A stretch of 64,000 nucleotides of DNA, taken from the NCBI RefSeq assembly GCF_964355755.1, contig NC_092679.1, forward strand, positions 2,820,201-2,884,200. The letters are read 5' to 3'. A program made the position numbers and the translations under genes. Position 1 is the stretch's first letter, and the number at the start of each line of letters is the position of its first letter. Below are positions 25,663 to 37,303 of the stretch, piece after piece. This DNA is from Antedon mediterranea (taxonomy: Eukaryota; Animalia; Echinodermata). The notes below the pieces were generated by a model that saw nothing but the letters and a program-made list of their open reading frames with translations, was not told where the DNA came from and did not search any database.

Positions 25663-27307
25663 ATGGCAAAAGCGGGATTTCAAAGTAGTCAAGAAATGTT
25701 GATTGATAAAACATGTTTTGTCAAATTTTCCGGCCATGTTGCCCCTTACATTAGGGCAACGTTAGTTAAGGAGGTAATGAAGTATCTTTTGTACCATTGT
25801 CATCAAATACAAATGCCATTTGAACAAATAAAATACGACTTGGAGTCACCCAAAAAGGTAGGTTCAGCAGCATCATCCCGCTAACAATACGCGTAGTAAG
25901 AAAGCGGATACTCCGGCGGTAGGCGCAATCCTCAGTAGGCCTAGCTAGTCTAGGAGGCTAGTTGAACTACGTATATAAAAAGCCTAGGCTAAATTAGATT
26001 TTCAACAAAGTTTTCACTAAAACTAAGGCTAATGTAGGCCTAGCTAGGTGTACTACTAGAGACTAGAGTCTAGGCCTACCTAGGTCTATTATTAAACATA
26101 GGAAGAAATATTTCCTCTCTCTAGGCCTAGGCCTAGCCTTCTAGTACTAGTAGGCTAGGCCTATTCTTAGTATTGTTTTCTTTTATGAGTGGGGTTGATG
26201 GTGTACAGAAAATTAAACAAAAGATAATGACACATTTTGAAGTTAAATTAGACATGGCCTTGTCCTGCCTAGTCCTACCTAGGTGCCTCAATAAAATAGC
26301 TCCTACTCCTAGGCTGTATTGTTAGTATTAGTCCTAGGTCTAGCTCTAGGCATATATTTATAGAATAGTAGTTCGAGCTTATTTATACTTTTAAATTAAG
26401 TTATGATATAGCCGGGCAAGTCCTACTCCTACTTGGCCAATACCAATAATATAAGAGAATAATAATACAGTGTACTACTGTACGAAGAAGTAGTAGCCCA
26501 AGATAGTACTACTACTGTACTTGTTCAAATTCTAAATAGTTAACACCTTTAAAAAAAAAACAATCACTATAATAAGAAAAGCACTCAGTCAGGTCTTTAG
26601 GAAATAGTAAAATTTAATTGTTAGGCCTGTCATTAAGTATTACTGTTAAAGCCTATTAAATAATTAGTAGGCTTGGCTAAGAATTTAATATAAATGTTTG
26701 GTGCAACAGTGCTGTTTTTTTCTATTTATTCAAGGATCCTAATTGCAAAAGACCTTTAATGGAAGTTAAGAATGCTAAAAAACTAGTTGCCAACCTTGAA
26801 GAAATATTTTCACACATCGACATGTTATTCTCAGTGGCTTGCGTTCAACGTTTTGCGATCATTTTTGGCGCAACGATTGTAAGCCCAAAAGAAGTGTACC
26901 ATATGACTATAGCGGACAACTCCGGTTCTACAGGCGATTCGTTACGGACTAAAACATGTGTACGTACGTTAATGAAAGAACTTATAACATCCGAGGCATT
27001 ACTGTCAGTTAAAAAAACATCGGGGAAAATTTCACCTCCTACGAAGATGTTCCTTCTCGTCTATGCGCATAGAAATTCGGGAATTGAATGGTTTGTGCCA
27101 ATTAATTTTACCGGGCCTAAACGAGGTGAGCAGTTTTGGATAAAGTTAGAACATGGAGGCGTTAATATAGAAGATGATGTACCTGCCAATATTGCAGATG
27201 ATCAAGATCATTTTGATAACGATGATTGGATTTGGTTTAAAGCACCTGTAGATGTTAAAGGATTTCTAGAGAAAGCAACAAATTCTTCCAACATCTTTCA
27301 GTTATGA
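25663..27307 (+). CDS. MAD2L1BP: MAD2L1-binding protein (p31comet), 2 exons
   Basis: Exons 25663-25857 and 26735-27307 (phase 0). Blocks EVMKYLLYHCHQIQMPFEQIK, IIFGATIVSPKEVY, TKTCVRTLMKEL, HRNSGIEWFVP and DWIWFKAPVDVKGF correspond to conserved p31comet blocks recalled from the human protein (KHIMYQRQQLPLPYEQL, SPKEFY, HRNCGEDWF, YIWFQAPVTFKGF). Confidence 0.9.
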
Positions 27308-27899
27308 TGATGTCATAGTGATGTCATTAGTGCAATTAATATGTTTTTTTATTTTTATATGATAATATACTGTGAGTGTAATACTGTAATTACAATGCAA
27401 AAATTATCATTCAATTGTAAAACATAATAATTATATAATATACAGGCAAAAAAAAGCAAGCAGCGAAAAGAGTTACTATATTTTAAAAGTGATTTAAATT
27501 ATTTTTTATACAAGAAGAATATTTGAGATATGATACATCATGATTAGTGTTTAATTTTAACACAGTGTCCAGAAAGTAATATATTTTGGTGTTTTTTAAA
27601 AAACACCAAAACTGTACCTCTTTATAATATTTGTTGAAATCTGTAATAGATCATCCCAATTAATAATATTATATGTGATTGTATTCAAAATTTAAACTCG
27701 TTGTTTAGTACTGTACCACCATAGAAATATTATTTCTAACATCTTTGTTGGTACTCTATGGTACCGTGCCACGCGGTGCACATGGCATGGATGCAGTGTA
27801 TTTTTTTTTCCTTTTCAAAAACTTTTATTTTTTTTCATTTTGTCAAAAACATTACACTTTACAAAATGAAACAAAAAGGAAAACCAAAGACGTTTGAGG

Positions 27900-28210
27900 A
27901 CGTCACATTATCTCAATCGTCATTCTATCTTTTCTTATCTATTTAAATGTTTGATTATACCAAAATACTTCATCATAATCATTTCTTAGTTTAAAACAGG
28001 CTATTATAACACCTTGTGTCAATAATGATTACCAAGTTTTGCATTATCAACTATTATATAACATCTTGTCAATAATGATAACCAAGTTTTGCATTATCAA
28101 CTATTATATAATATCTTGTCAATAATGATAACCAAGTTTTGCATAATCAACTCCTATACCTTGATTTGTATACAAAGTCAAATCCTTTCCCCCATATCCA
28201 TATTTTTTGA
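27900..28210 (-). mobile_element. Older L1/Tx1-like fragment with internal ~50-bp tandem triplication
   Basis: Aligns by eye with 29110-29295 (shared CATAATCATTTCTTAGTTTAAA-CAGGCTATTA); TGTCAATAATGAT-ACCAAGTTTTGCAT occurs three times. Confidence 0.6.
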
Positions 28211-28319
28211 CCCAGGTTACAAAACAATATAAGAGAAATAAATTTTTCAAATTTACTAAGGCGTAATATTAAAGTTGCTTGTGGGTGTATTTCATTTCAA
28301 TTGTTGTTATCTCTTTCTA

Positions 28320-29965
28320 ATAATGGTTCCCATTTTTTAATATGGACATTATACTTATTTCTATTTTTTTGCGATATTATTCTCAACATTTTCTGTAAAG
28401 AATACCCATCTTTTAAAGTGAATGAAATTAAGAGGAATTTCATGAATCTTGCATTTATATATATCTCTTAGTAAGAAGTAAATTCATATTAACAAAAGTT
28501 GAATATTTATATTAAAAAATACCAAACCATATGTCTATATAATTTATTTTAATAGTGATGTCTAATTTCCTGAACCAATAAAACACATCATCCCACAATT
28601 TAGAAGTTTTCTCACAAGACCGTATTAGATGTTCTACTGTTTCTTTTTCCTTACTACAATTTTGTGCAATAACTCATTTGTAGGAAGAATTCTATGTATA
28701 AATCTGAATTGCAGGTACTGTACAGTATTTTGGTATCAAGAGTACATTCATAAGGCATCCTATAAATTAAACTCCAATTAACCTTAACAAGATCAGGCTC
28801 AGATTCATTACTCCATTTTCTACAGGCCTTTGGGGTTGTCTTAAATATATTATTGAGCAAATCATACACAAAGGCTGTTGTTTTTTTTTTAAATTCCATT
28901 AATTGTAATAAAACTGGCGATTCTCTTGTAGGGCTGGGATTAGCTATTAATTTGTCCCGGTAATTTTGAGAGATAACATTAATTAAACCAAAAAAAAAAA
29001 TGAAATTGCAATTTATAGCATAGGTATTTTTAAATTCAGTATATGTCATAAAGCGTTGGTTGTTCTGAAATATAATTTACACCTTTTAAGCTCCATGATC
29101 TATAAAATATAGTTTTCTTATTAATTTTAATGTTTTGATTATACCCTAATACCTCATCAGATGCATCATCACCATAATCATTTCTTAGTTTAAACCAGGC
29201 TATTAAAACGTCTTGTAAAAAGGAGTTACCAAGCTTTTCATAATTATAATTCCTATTCCCTGTTTTGGTTTACAAAGCCAGATCCATTCCCCACCGATGC
29301 TCAAAATTTGTTTCCTAAATAATTGTTTCCATTTTCCATTAGATGTTGTGTCAAGAAATCTTTTAACCCATGTTATTTTTAAGGCTTCATTAAATTTATA
29401 AATATTTGTCATTTTTAAACCTCCATTATCTTTATCGTTATACATAGTCTCTCTACTTACTCTATCAGGCTTTCCGTTCCAAATAAATTTAAATAAAGTT
29501 CGCTCCAATTTTTTCATAAATTCACTAGAAGGGATGGAAGGACAGAGAATAAATATGTTAATTGAGAAAGTGCCAGTGATTTGATAATTGCAACCTTACC
29601 TATTGGTGTTATATTTCTTTGGGACCAAATATTCAGAATTTTCTTTAGTTTTTCAAATTGAACCTCATAATTTAATTCAAAGAGTTTGCTTTTATCGAAA
29701 GATATGTTTATTCCCAGAAATTTAACAGGTCCTTTGGTCAATCTATAATCAGGAGTGAAGTTCTTAATTTTATTTTTCAGCCTACCAATATTTAAAAAGC
29801 TTGATTTTGCCTTATTTAATTTCAACCCGGAAATATCACCAAAGTTTTCTATAAGTTTAATTGCATTAGCTATGGATGTTTCAGTTCCATCCAAAATTAG
29901 AGTAGTATCATCCGCAAACTGGGTGATTTTTATTTAACTGTCATGATTAACACAAATTCCCTTAA
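28320..29965 (-). mobile_element. L1/Tx1-clade LINE, 5'-truncated, frameshifted ORF2 remnant
   Basis: Minus strand: IKITQFADDTTLILDG (RT motif), FGDISGLKLNKAKS, VKFLGINI, NITPIGKVAIIKSLALSQLTYLFSVLP, FIWNGKPDRV, GGLKMTNI, and a degenerate C-terminal zinc knuckle (ETVEHL); several stops and frameshifts. Confidence 0.92.
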
Positions 29966-32369
29966 TACAATACTGTTGTTTTCCCGTAGTGCATGCAGTG
30001 TTTTGCACGTTTTGTATTTTATACTGTTTGTATTGAGTTTAGATATTCTAGTAAATAACATATTATGTGTCTAGGAAATTGGAAATACAGTGCTGTATTA
30101 TACTGTATAATGGAGGAATTGAATTACTCCATTATATACTGTATAATAACATCATTTAAATTAAGGACTCATCCCTGTGTTAAGTCAATAACCTTAATGG
30201 CGTATTATAAATTGTATGTTAATTACTTTTTTCTTTGTGTTTTTATACATTTTTAGTTATTTTGTTAGTCTTAGTTTTTACTGGAAGTATAATTTATATT
30301 TAATTTAAAGTACAAGTTTTAAGGTTTATGGAAATAGGTGTAGTTGTACAGTATTTCCTTCCTACATGATCGACAGCCCAGGGAGGGAGAACAACTATTG
30401 CGCTGGGAGGAGTGGAGTTTGCGCCTGTTTGCATTAGTCATTTGGGCTGGCTGGTACAGAGTATTTACAATACCGTATGCATCTTCGTTTTCAGCTAAAC
30501 GCCCAGTCTTGTACCACCGTTTTAAACCCCTTTAGTTTAAATGTATAGGTTCAATTTATATAGATTTATAATTAATTGCTGATGTTACTGAAGTACATGA
30601 TACTTCGTGTCATAGCAAGTCATGATAAGCTTCAGCTGAGAATGATATTCCGATATGCTCTGCCTGATTTTAATAGCTCGTATCCTTCATATTGAAATTC
30701 AACTTCTTTAGTTCCATAACATTGTAATTACCATATCAGTTCACTCTCTTACGTATCTTCTTTCAAAATGTTCAGAATCATAATTTTAGTTTAAATACCT
30801 TATTTAAACTATAATTCTAAACTATAGCTTATCGGTTACCCCTGCTGGCTAACCTATTGTAGTATTCTTTAAAATGTTTTCTGTTATTATTTTTTATCTT
30901 GAAATGTCAATTTGCTCGCGGCGTTGTCATTATCATTTATGTAAGTAACGTACAAGATTACCCTTTTTGAAATATGTTTTTATAATTGATTGTGTGATAG
31001 TAAATTATTATTTTCCCGCGCATAACAATGTGTTTAAAGTGAATAGATGACATGGTTTGTTCGCGCGTAATACACGACTAGGACAGAGCACGAAGAGAGA
31101 AACATTTTCTCCATTGATTGAGCTTGTTTTTATTATTATATAAAAAAAAAATGACATTCTAATGTAGAGGAATCTCACGTCAGAACACTACAACAGTTTA
31201 CAATCCCTTTAAAAGAGATAAAAGAGATAAATAAATAATTTTATAAACAAATACTGTATCGATATCATTATGTATGACTGCAAATCCTGCATAGAGGAAG
31301 TTTTTTTAAGAACTTAAGCTCTGTTTACATTATCAAACTAGTTTGACAAAAAAGTGTGATGTGCCCAAATTTGGTAGTGATATACCCAATATGGAATCAT
31401 CATGTCCATACTGTATATGGCCACATCACATTTTTGTCACATAAAGTTTGATAGAGCTTAATAGATCTTGTCCAACTATATCAAAGAAATTGCATTCAAA
31501 TGGCCATCATAACAATTCGAATCGAGACATTTTTTGTGATGATGTCGCAAACACATTTTCTTTCATCTTTGCTCACAGCGACGTGTTTGCGGTAAAATCA
31601 CATCAATAACTATCTATAAAGAAGTTGAGTTCTTCCCCCGTCATCATCCAAAAGTTCACAATCATTAATATTATTTTAACCAATGATTATATTGTTCGGT
31701 TAATAGTATAGGCCTTCTGTTCATGTAGTAGCATTTTATAAATATTTAAATGACAATGCTAGTTAAATCATATTTACGATCCTATATTATTATTATTATG
31801 AAGTAGGCAGGCCTACAGTAGTGTTTCATTTTTACAATTTAAGTATCGTAGTAAATTTAAAAACATCGTGAGCCACATTTATAAATAACCTTCAAATGGG
31901 TGTTTAAACTTTACTATAAATTTTAGGAATTGATTTAATACTAGGAATTTGTAACGGCTAAGATATTATTATTATTAATTGCACCAGTAAATGACGGCTT
32001 GAGTAGGCCTAGGCCTACACATTCTAAATCTTGGTTCCCACTTGCGAGGCAACCTACGCAACGTAAGAAAATGTTCTTCCAATAATTGTTTGCCCCCGCC
32101 TGCCTAAAATCAACGATTTTTTGCAGCACTGTTGCGTCGTCGGTTCCCACTTGTGATTATGTAATACAGCACTTTGCGTTGTGTTCTCGTGTCCACAAAG
32201 TCCTCATTCGATTTGGGAAAACTCTTTTTGGCTGATCGACCAATGACGTCACTACATATTAACCGATATGCTTCAGTATCATTGTATGGGGTGAAAGTTC
32301 AATCTGGTTCTCCCGCGCAAACATCCAATTACTGGCACACCAATAAATAAACTACAGTAGTTATAAACA

Positions 32370-35300
32370 TCATACATTTTCCTTGTCCTTTTCCCAAGAA
32401 GACGCCGGCTGACGATACATATCGTCGTCTTCGCTATCGATCGGAGGCGTCGTAAATCCTTGTAATATATCCGCTGAACTATATCGACGGAATCGTTCTT
32501 GGTCCCGTTTGTCCAATAAGGACCTACGGCGCTCGCCGGGGTTTGATCGCATTGACGAATGCTTTCGATCTCCTTTTCCTCGGCCTTTAGTTGACGAATG
32601 TGTTACTTTAAAAGATTTTTGTGGTGGTTGTGAAATTAGTTTCTCAGTAGTATTGTTACTCTCTGTCTTCTTTTTATCTTCTTTTTGTTTATCCTTTTCT
32701 TCTTTCTGTTTGTTCTTTACTTCTTTCTGTTTGTTCTTTACTTCTTTCTGTTTGTCGTTTTCTCCTTTCTGTTTTTCCCTTTCTTCCTTCTGATAGTCCT
32801 TCTGTGCATGTTTTATACTACTAGACGTGGGTACCGACGTAGGCGGAGGAAGTTCGCAGTGATATACCTCGTCATCTTCTGAAAACAGTTTAGCTGGCAT
32901 GTTGGTGAATATCATATCTTTCCTTGCGATTCTAAAAAAGTATTATTAATAATTTTAATAAATTCATCAATACTGAATTAATTTGTCAAGGTGACATTCA
33001 GCAAAATCTTTTTTATTTTTTTTTATTTATTTTTTTTATTTTTTATTCGGGTTTATTAAAAACAAAGACATGGCAGTACAAAACTGAATTGCGTCCAGTA
33101 ACATAAAAAAAAAATAAAAAAAACGTAAAAAAATCTAACCACAGACTGAACTGATTGTCTGATTCAGCTAGGTAAATGCAAAGCTAGTTGTTTGTGTATG
33201 TATAGGACTACTAAAGTCTTTGTCTACACTATCAAACTTTATGAGAAAAAAATGTGATGTGCCCATACATGGACATGATAATGTCATATCACTACCATAT
33301 TTGGGCATATCACTGCCGTACTTGGGGCCGGCACATCACACTTTTTTTGTCAAACTAATTTGATAGTGTAGACAGAGCTCTTAAGAGTAGGCCTAGTAAG
33401 AGTTTTGAATAGTAATAAGATCCCAAGTAAGGGGTTCGTTTAGGCATCTGTAAATCATTGCCTTAATTATAGTTTCTTATGGGTTAGGTTGATTCGTTTT
33501 AAAGAAATAGAGATGTCGATTTGCGATGACTTAGAACATATTTACGTCATGTTAATTAGTTGTGCGCATGCGGAAACATTGTTTGAGATGCGTTGTTCCT
33601 AGCTCAAGTGCTCGGATTCTTGTTTCTCCCAACTCGCTCTTATACATCTTTTCCATAGCTTGTGCCATTGTTGACTTACCTAACTTTATCTGCTGAACCT
33701 TGCCAGGGTTTGCCCTTCTTGGAGTTAGCAGCCCGTGTGTACGGTAATATAGGATTCTGTACACTATAATGAAGGTCTTTAACTAATGGTAGATCGCATT
33801 CGTAAAAATCATCTACTGCTAAATATCCGACCTATTGAAAGAAAAAAACAATATCCACAGTTAAATATCCGACCCATTGAAACGAAAATATATCTATAGT
33901 TAACATCAGTAACAATTTGTCGAAGTTTCATTGAATATAGTGTGATGTGGACAATAACAATCATAATCCGCTTTGATCAATCTCCTCACATTTATTAAAT
34001 TTGGTTCAAAATTGGACGTAAACGGACGCAATCACATTGCAAGTAATTTAACCAATCACGACACGATGGGTCATCCAAACTGTCGCCTGTGATTGGTCAA
34101 CTCACCTGCGCTTGCGTCGTTGAGTTGAGTCCAAGTGGGAACTTTAATAGTTGTGATTGCATTGTGGTTTACGGATAGTATGTATGCCTGCGCGGTCTTT
34201 TGTGATTATTATGACCAACATTATAATATTACCTGAATATTTCTATCTATAATCCAGTTCATGTCGAAGTCGTCATCGTCCTCGCCAAAAGGATTCATAA
34301 GATTTTCTGCGACCTAGAACATTGAGAAAAAAAATGAATACAAAATGCTATTAATGTAAATTGTGGTTTGAAATATTATGATCACGTTGTGGCAACCTAC
34401 GAAACGTAAGAAAATGTCCTTCCAATAATTGTGTTTGACCCCGCCTGCGCGAAATCAAACCTGCGATGTTTGCAGCACTGTTGCTTTATCGGTTCCCACT
34501 GACTACGCAATACAGCACATTGCGTCGCTGCGTTGCGTTCTAGTGCGAACCACGTATTATGCTTGTTTCCCACCAGAACACAACGCAAGGACGGAAGCAC
34601 AACGAAAGCATTTTAGTTGACCAATCACAAACGATGGATTATGCGAATGTCGCATGTCATTAGTCAACCGAGTCTGCTCTTACCTTTAACCACCCTACAT
34701 AGAATATAAATTCTAATAATGTAAATCCTGGAAATTTGAGGTCAATCTCGTGACCCTCATATGACATCGCCTGATCTAAGTATTGTCTGCCAAATAAGCA
34801 AGCGGCAAAGTAGCTATATGTTGCTATAGTAACAACTTGCGTGTACACAAGTGGTACCATGATCCAATCAAATCCGTAGAGCTCTTCACATTTATCGTGG
34901 AATGCATTTACCTCCTGTAATATAAAAACACGTGATAGATATGAATCATCAGTTGGTTTATTGTGGATAATTCAAAATAATAACTGTTATTTTTGTAAAC
35001 TGTCCACTAAAGATCTCTTTTTATTTTGTTTTAACCAATGACAAGCAAAGTTATAGACAGTTAGCAATCACAAGCGAATAAGCCATCGCTTGTGATTGGT
35101 CAATTCGCTTGCGTTGCGTTTACGTCCTTGCGTTACGTTCTAGTGGGAACCAAGCTTAAATACGCAAGGCGTAACGCAGCGTATAGTGATTTGACCAAAT
35201 TACAAGCGATTATTATAATGGATCATTCGTTTGTTTGTTTGTTTGTTTTATTAGTTTCTCCACACATTTTAAAATAAAAGATAAAAATTACAAATTGCAA

Positions 35301-37303
35301 AAAGAAAATTACAATAAACAAGAAAAACATCAAAAATGGTCAACTCGCTTGCGATGCGTCTATGTCCTTGCGTTGCGTCTCCTCCACTGGGAACCAAGCT
35401 TAAAATAGCAGTAAAATGCAGTAGGCTACGGTTTTGATTTAGTCTGTTTTAGGCTTTATTAACCCAACAACAATACATATATACCTATAACTTGTATAAT
35501 ACCCAATGAGTTTACTTACATCTATAATAGTTTTCATTGCCGGATCACTGATTATCCGCCCCTCTTTTCGCGCCTTTCTTGCTAGTGTTATAAACCAGAC
35601 GCATGGTAGCCAATGACGCGGGTGATTGGTTTGAAGTTTTTTAAACACACTTTTCTCTTCCTCTGTCATCAAACCTGACACAAATTAAAGGTAAAATATT
35701 ATTGTATACATTCACCGAGTTAAAGTTGGCAAGTGTAAAGCTCTGTCTACACTATCAAACTTTATGTGATGTGCCCATATATGGACACGATGACGTCATA
35801 TCACGACCATATTTGGACACATCACACTTTTTTGTCAAACTAGTTTGATGTAGACAGTGTAGACAGAGCTTAAGGATAAAAGATTCAGATGGATGCTGGA
35901 AAATATTATTAATATTTTCTAAACGCTGGTCGTATGTTAGACTGGTCCCAAGTCTGTATTTATTGATTTTTTTTTATGTTAGTCCACCACCAGTCGACGT
36001 TTCGGTTTGTGTCTGAGAATACAAGTTTACAAGCTCAAGTAGTATACGTATGAAACGCCACATGTGCCGAAATATTTTTACTAATATTAAGTCAAAACTC
36101 CGTGTAGATGTGTCTCCGCCAATACTGTACAACACTGAAATGTACAACTTTCATTGTTAAACCAGAGAAGGGTGAAATTACATATACTTTCACTCTTATA
36201 AACGTTTAATCGCCTTGACACTGCGTTTCCAATGCTGATCTCATCAATGAATGATGATGTAATTTCTAGCATTTACCTTGATTTTCTTATACATCATTTA
36301 TGGCGTGCAATATTTATTTTGTTTTTAGAACAGACTCAGTATGCTCATTTATAAATTTTATATTTGATTCCAACAAGCGGTCTATGTTCGATCAAGGTTT
36401 ATTGACGATGTTGATTTTGTCCATTAATAGAAAGTACTCCGACATAAGGTCAATGTTCTTTGAGGCACTTAGCAAAAACAATTCTCGTTTTTAAATTGAT
36501 ATGTGGAATGTGATGCTTAGAATTCATAGTGTTAATTACGGAGGACGTTGTAATTTTTTTCTGATGTCAGTGTCAGTTGTGGTTTAGTTTTTGTTTAATT
36601 CTGCAAAATTACTACTGAATCTTCCATTAAATAGTGAAAAATGTAGGCCTACCTGCTTCTACAAGATGAGCTAATGTTGGGAAACGTTTTTTAACTCGTT
36701 TGCTACCCACACGGTAAATTAAAATACCGGCTAGATTAATGTAACGAACCATTGTGCGACGCAGTATACGCCCTTCTTCATCAGAGCCCTACAAAGAAAG
36801 AAATGGAAATTGATTGAAAGAGACAACTTTTACTTCGTAAAATCTGTCTAATGAGAAACATTTTTGTTACACCCACATATGTTTTCATATTTGCTGTTTA
36901 CATTCATTTGCATCAATGTTGAGTGGTTTAGAGTTTCTTGAAATACTTTAACGGGTAATGATTTTTAAAAATAAAAAAAAAGTATTTTTACCAGAATATG
37001 AGCTGCAACATTATAAGCTACACGGTCTGGCCATGGAATGACAAGGTATTGACGCCACCAACGGTCAAAAATGACAGTAACATAAAATCCTAATACGAAG
37101 CTAATCGGAAATACTCGGGTATACTCGTTCGAATATATCGCCAACTTTTCAAATGTTGTTTTAACAGATCCTGTTAGAGCATATCTGTATGTGACGCTAA
37201 CGATTGTGTACAGGAAAAGAAATATCAACATTTCCCGCCAAAGTAACTTGTACACACTTGCTTTCCACCGTAATAGTAAGCGCAAAAAGCCGCCAAGTTT
37301 TAG
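32370..37303 (-). CDS. Bestrophin-family Ca2+-activated anion channel; 7 coding exons found, first coding exon unresolved
   Basis: Minus-strand exons 37303-36992 ([16 protein letters not shown]...[10 protein letters not shown]...RWWRQY...PWPDR), 36788-36653 ([11 protein letters not shown]...[14 protein letters not shown]), 35674-35520 (LMT...WLPCVW), 34914-34684 ([21 protein letters not shown]...GRQY...FIFYVGWLK), 34313-34233 ([25 protein letters not shown], Ca clasp), 33831-33680 and 32931-32370 (low-complexity tail). Orthology to a particular vertebrate BEST paralogue cannot be assigned. Confidence 0.95.
32680..32790 (-). repeat. Coding 21-bp repeat (QKEVKNK-like) in the bestrophin C-terminal tail
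   Basis: [42 protein letters not shown] in frame within the last exon. Confidence 0.85.

Noticed and set aside
32509-32882. Plus-strand hydrophobic ORFs
   Set aside because: Antisense shadows of the K/E-rich last bestrophin exon.
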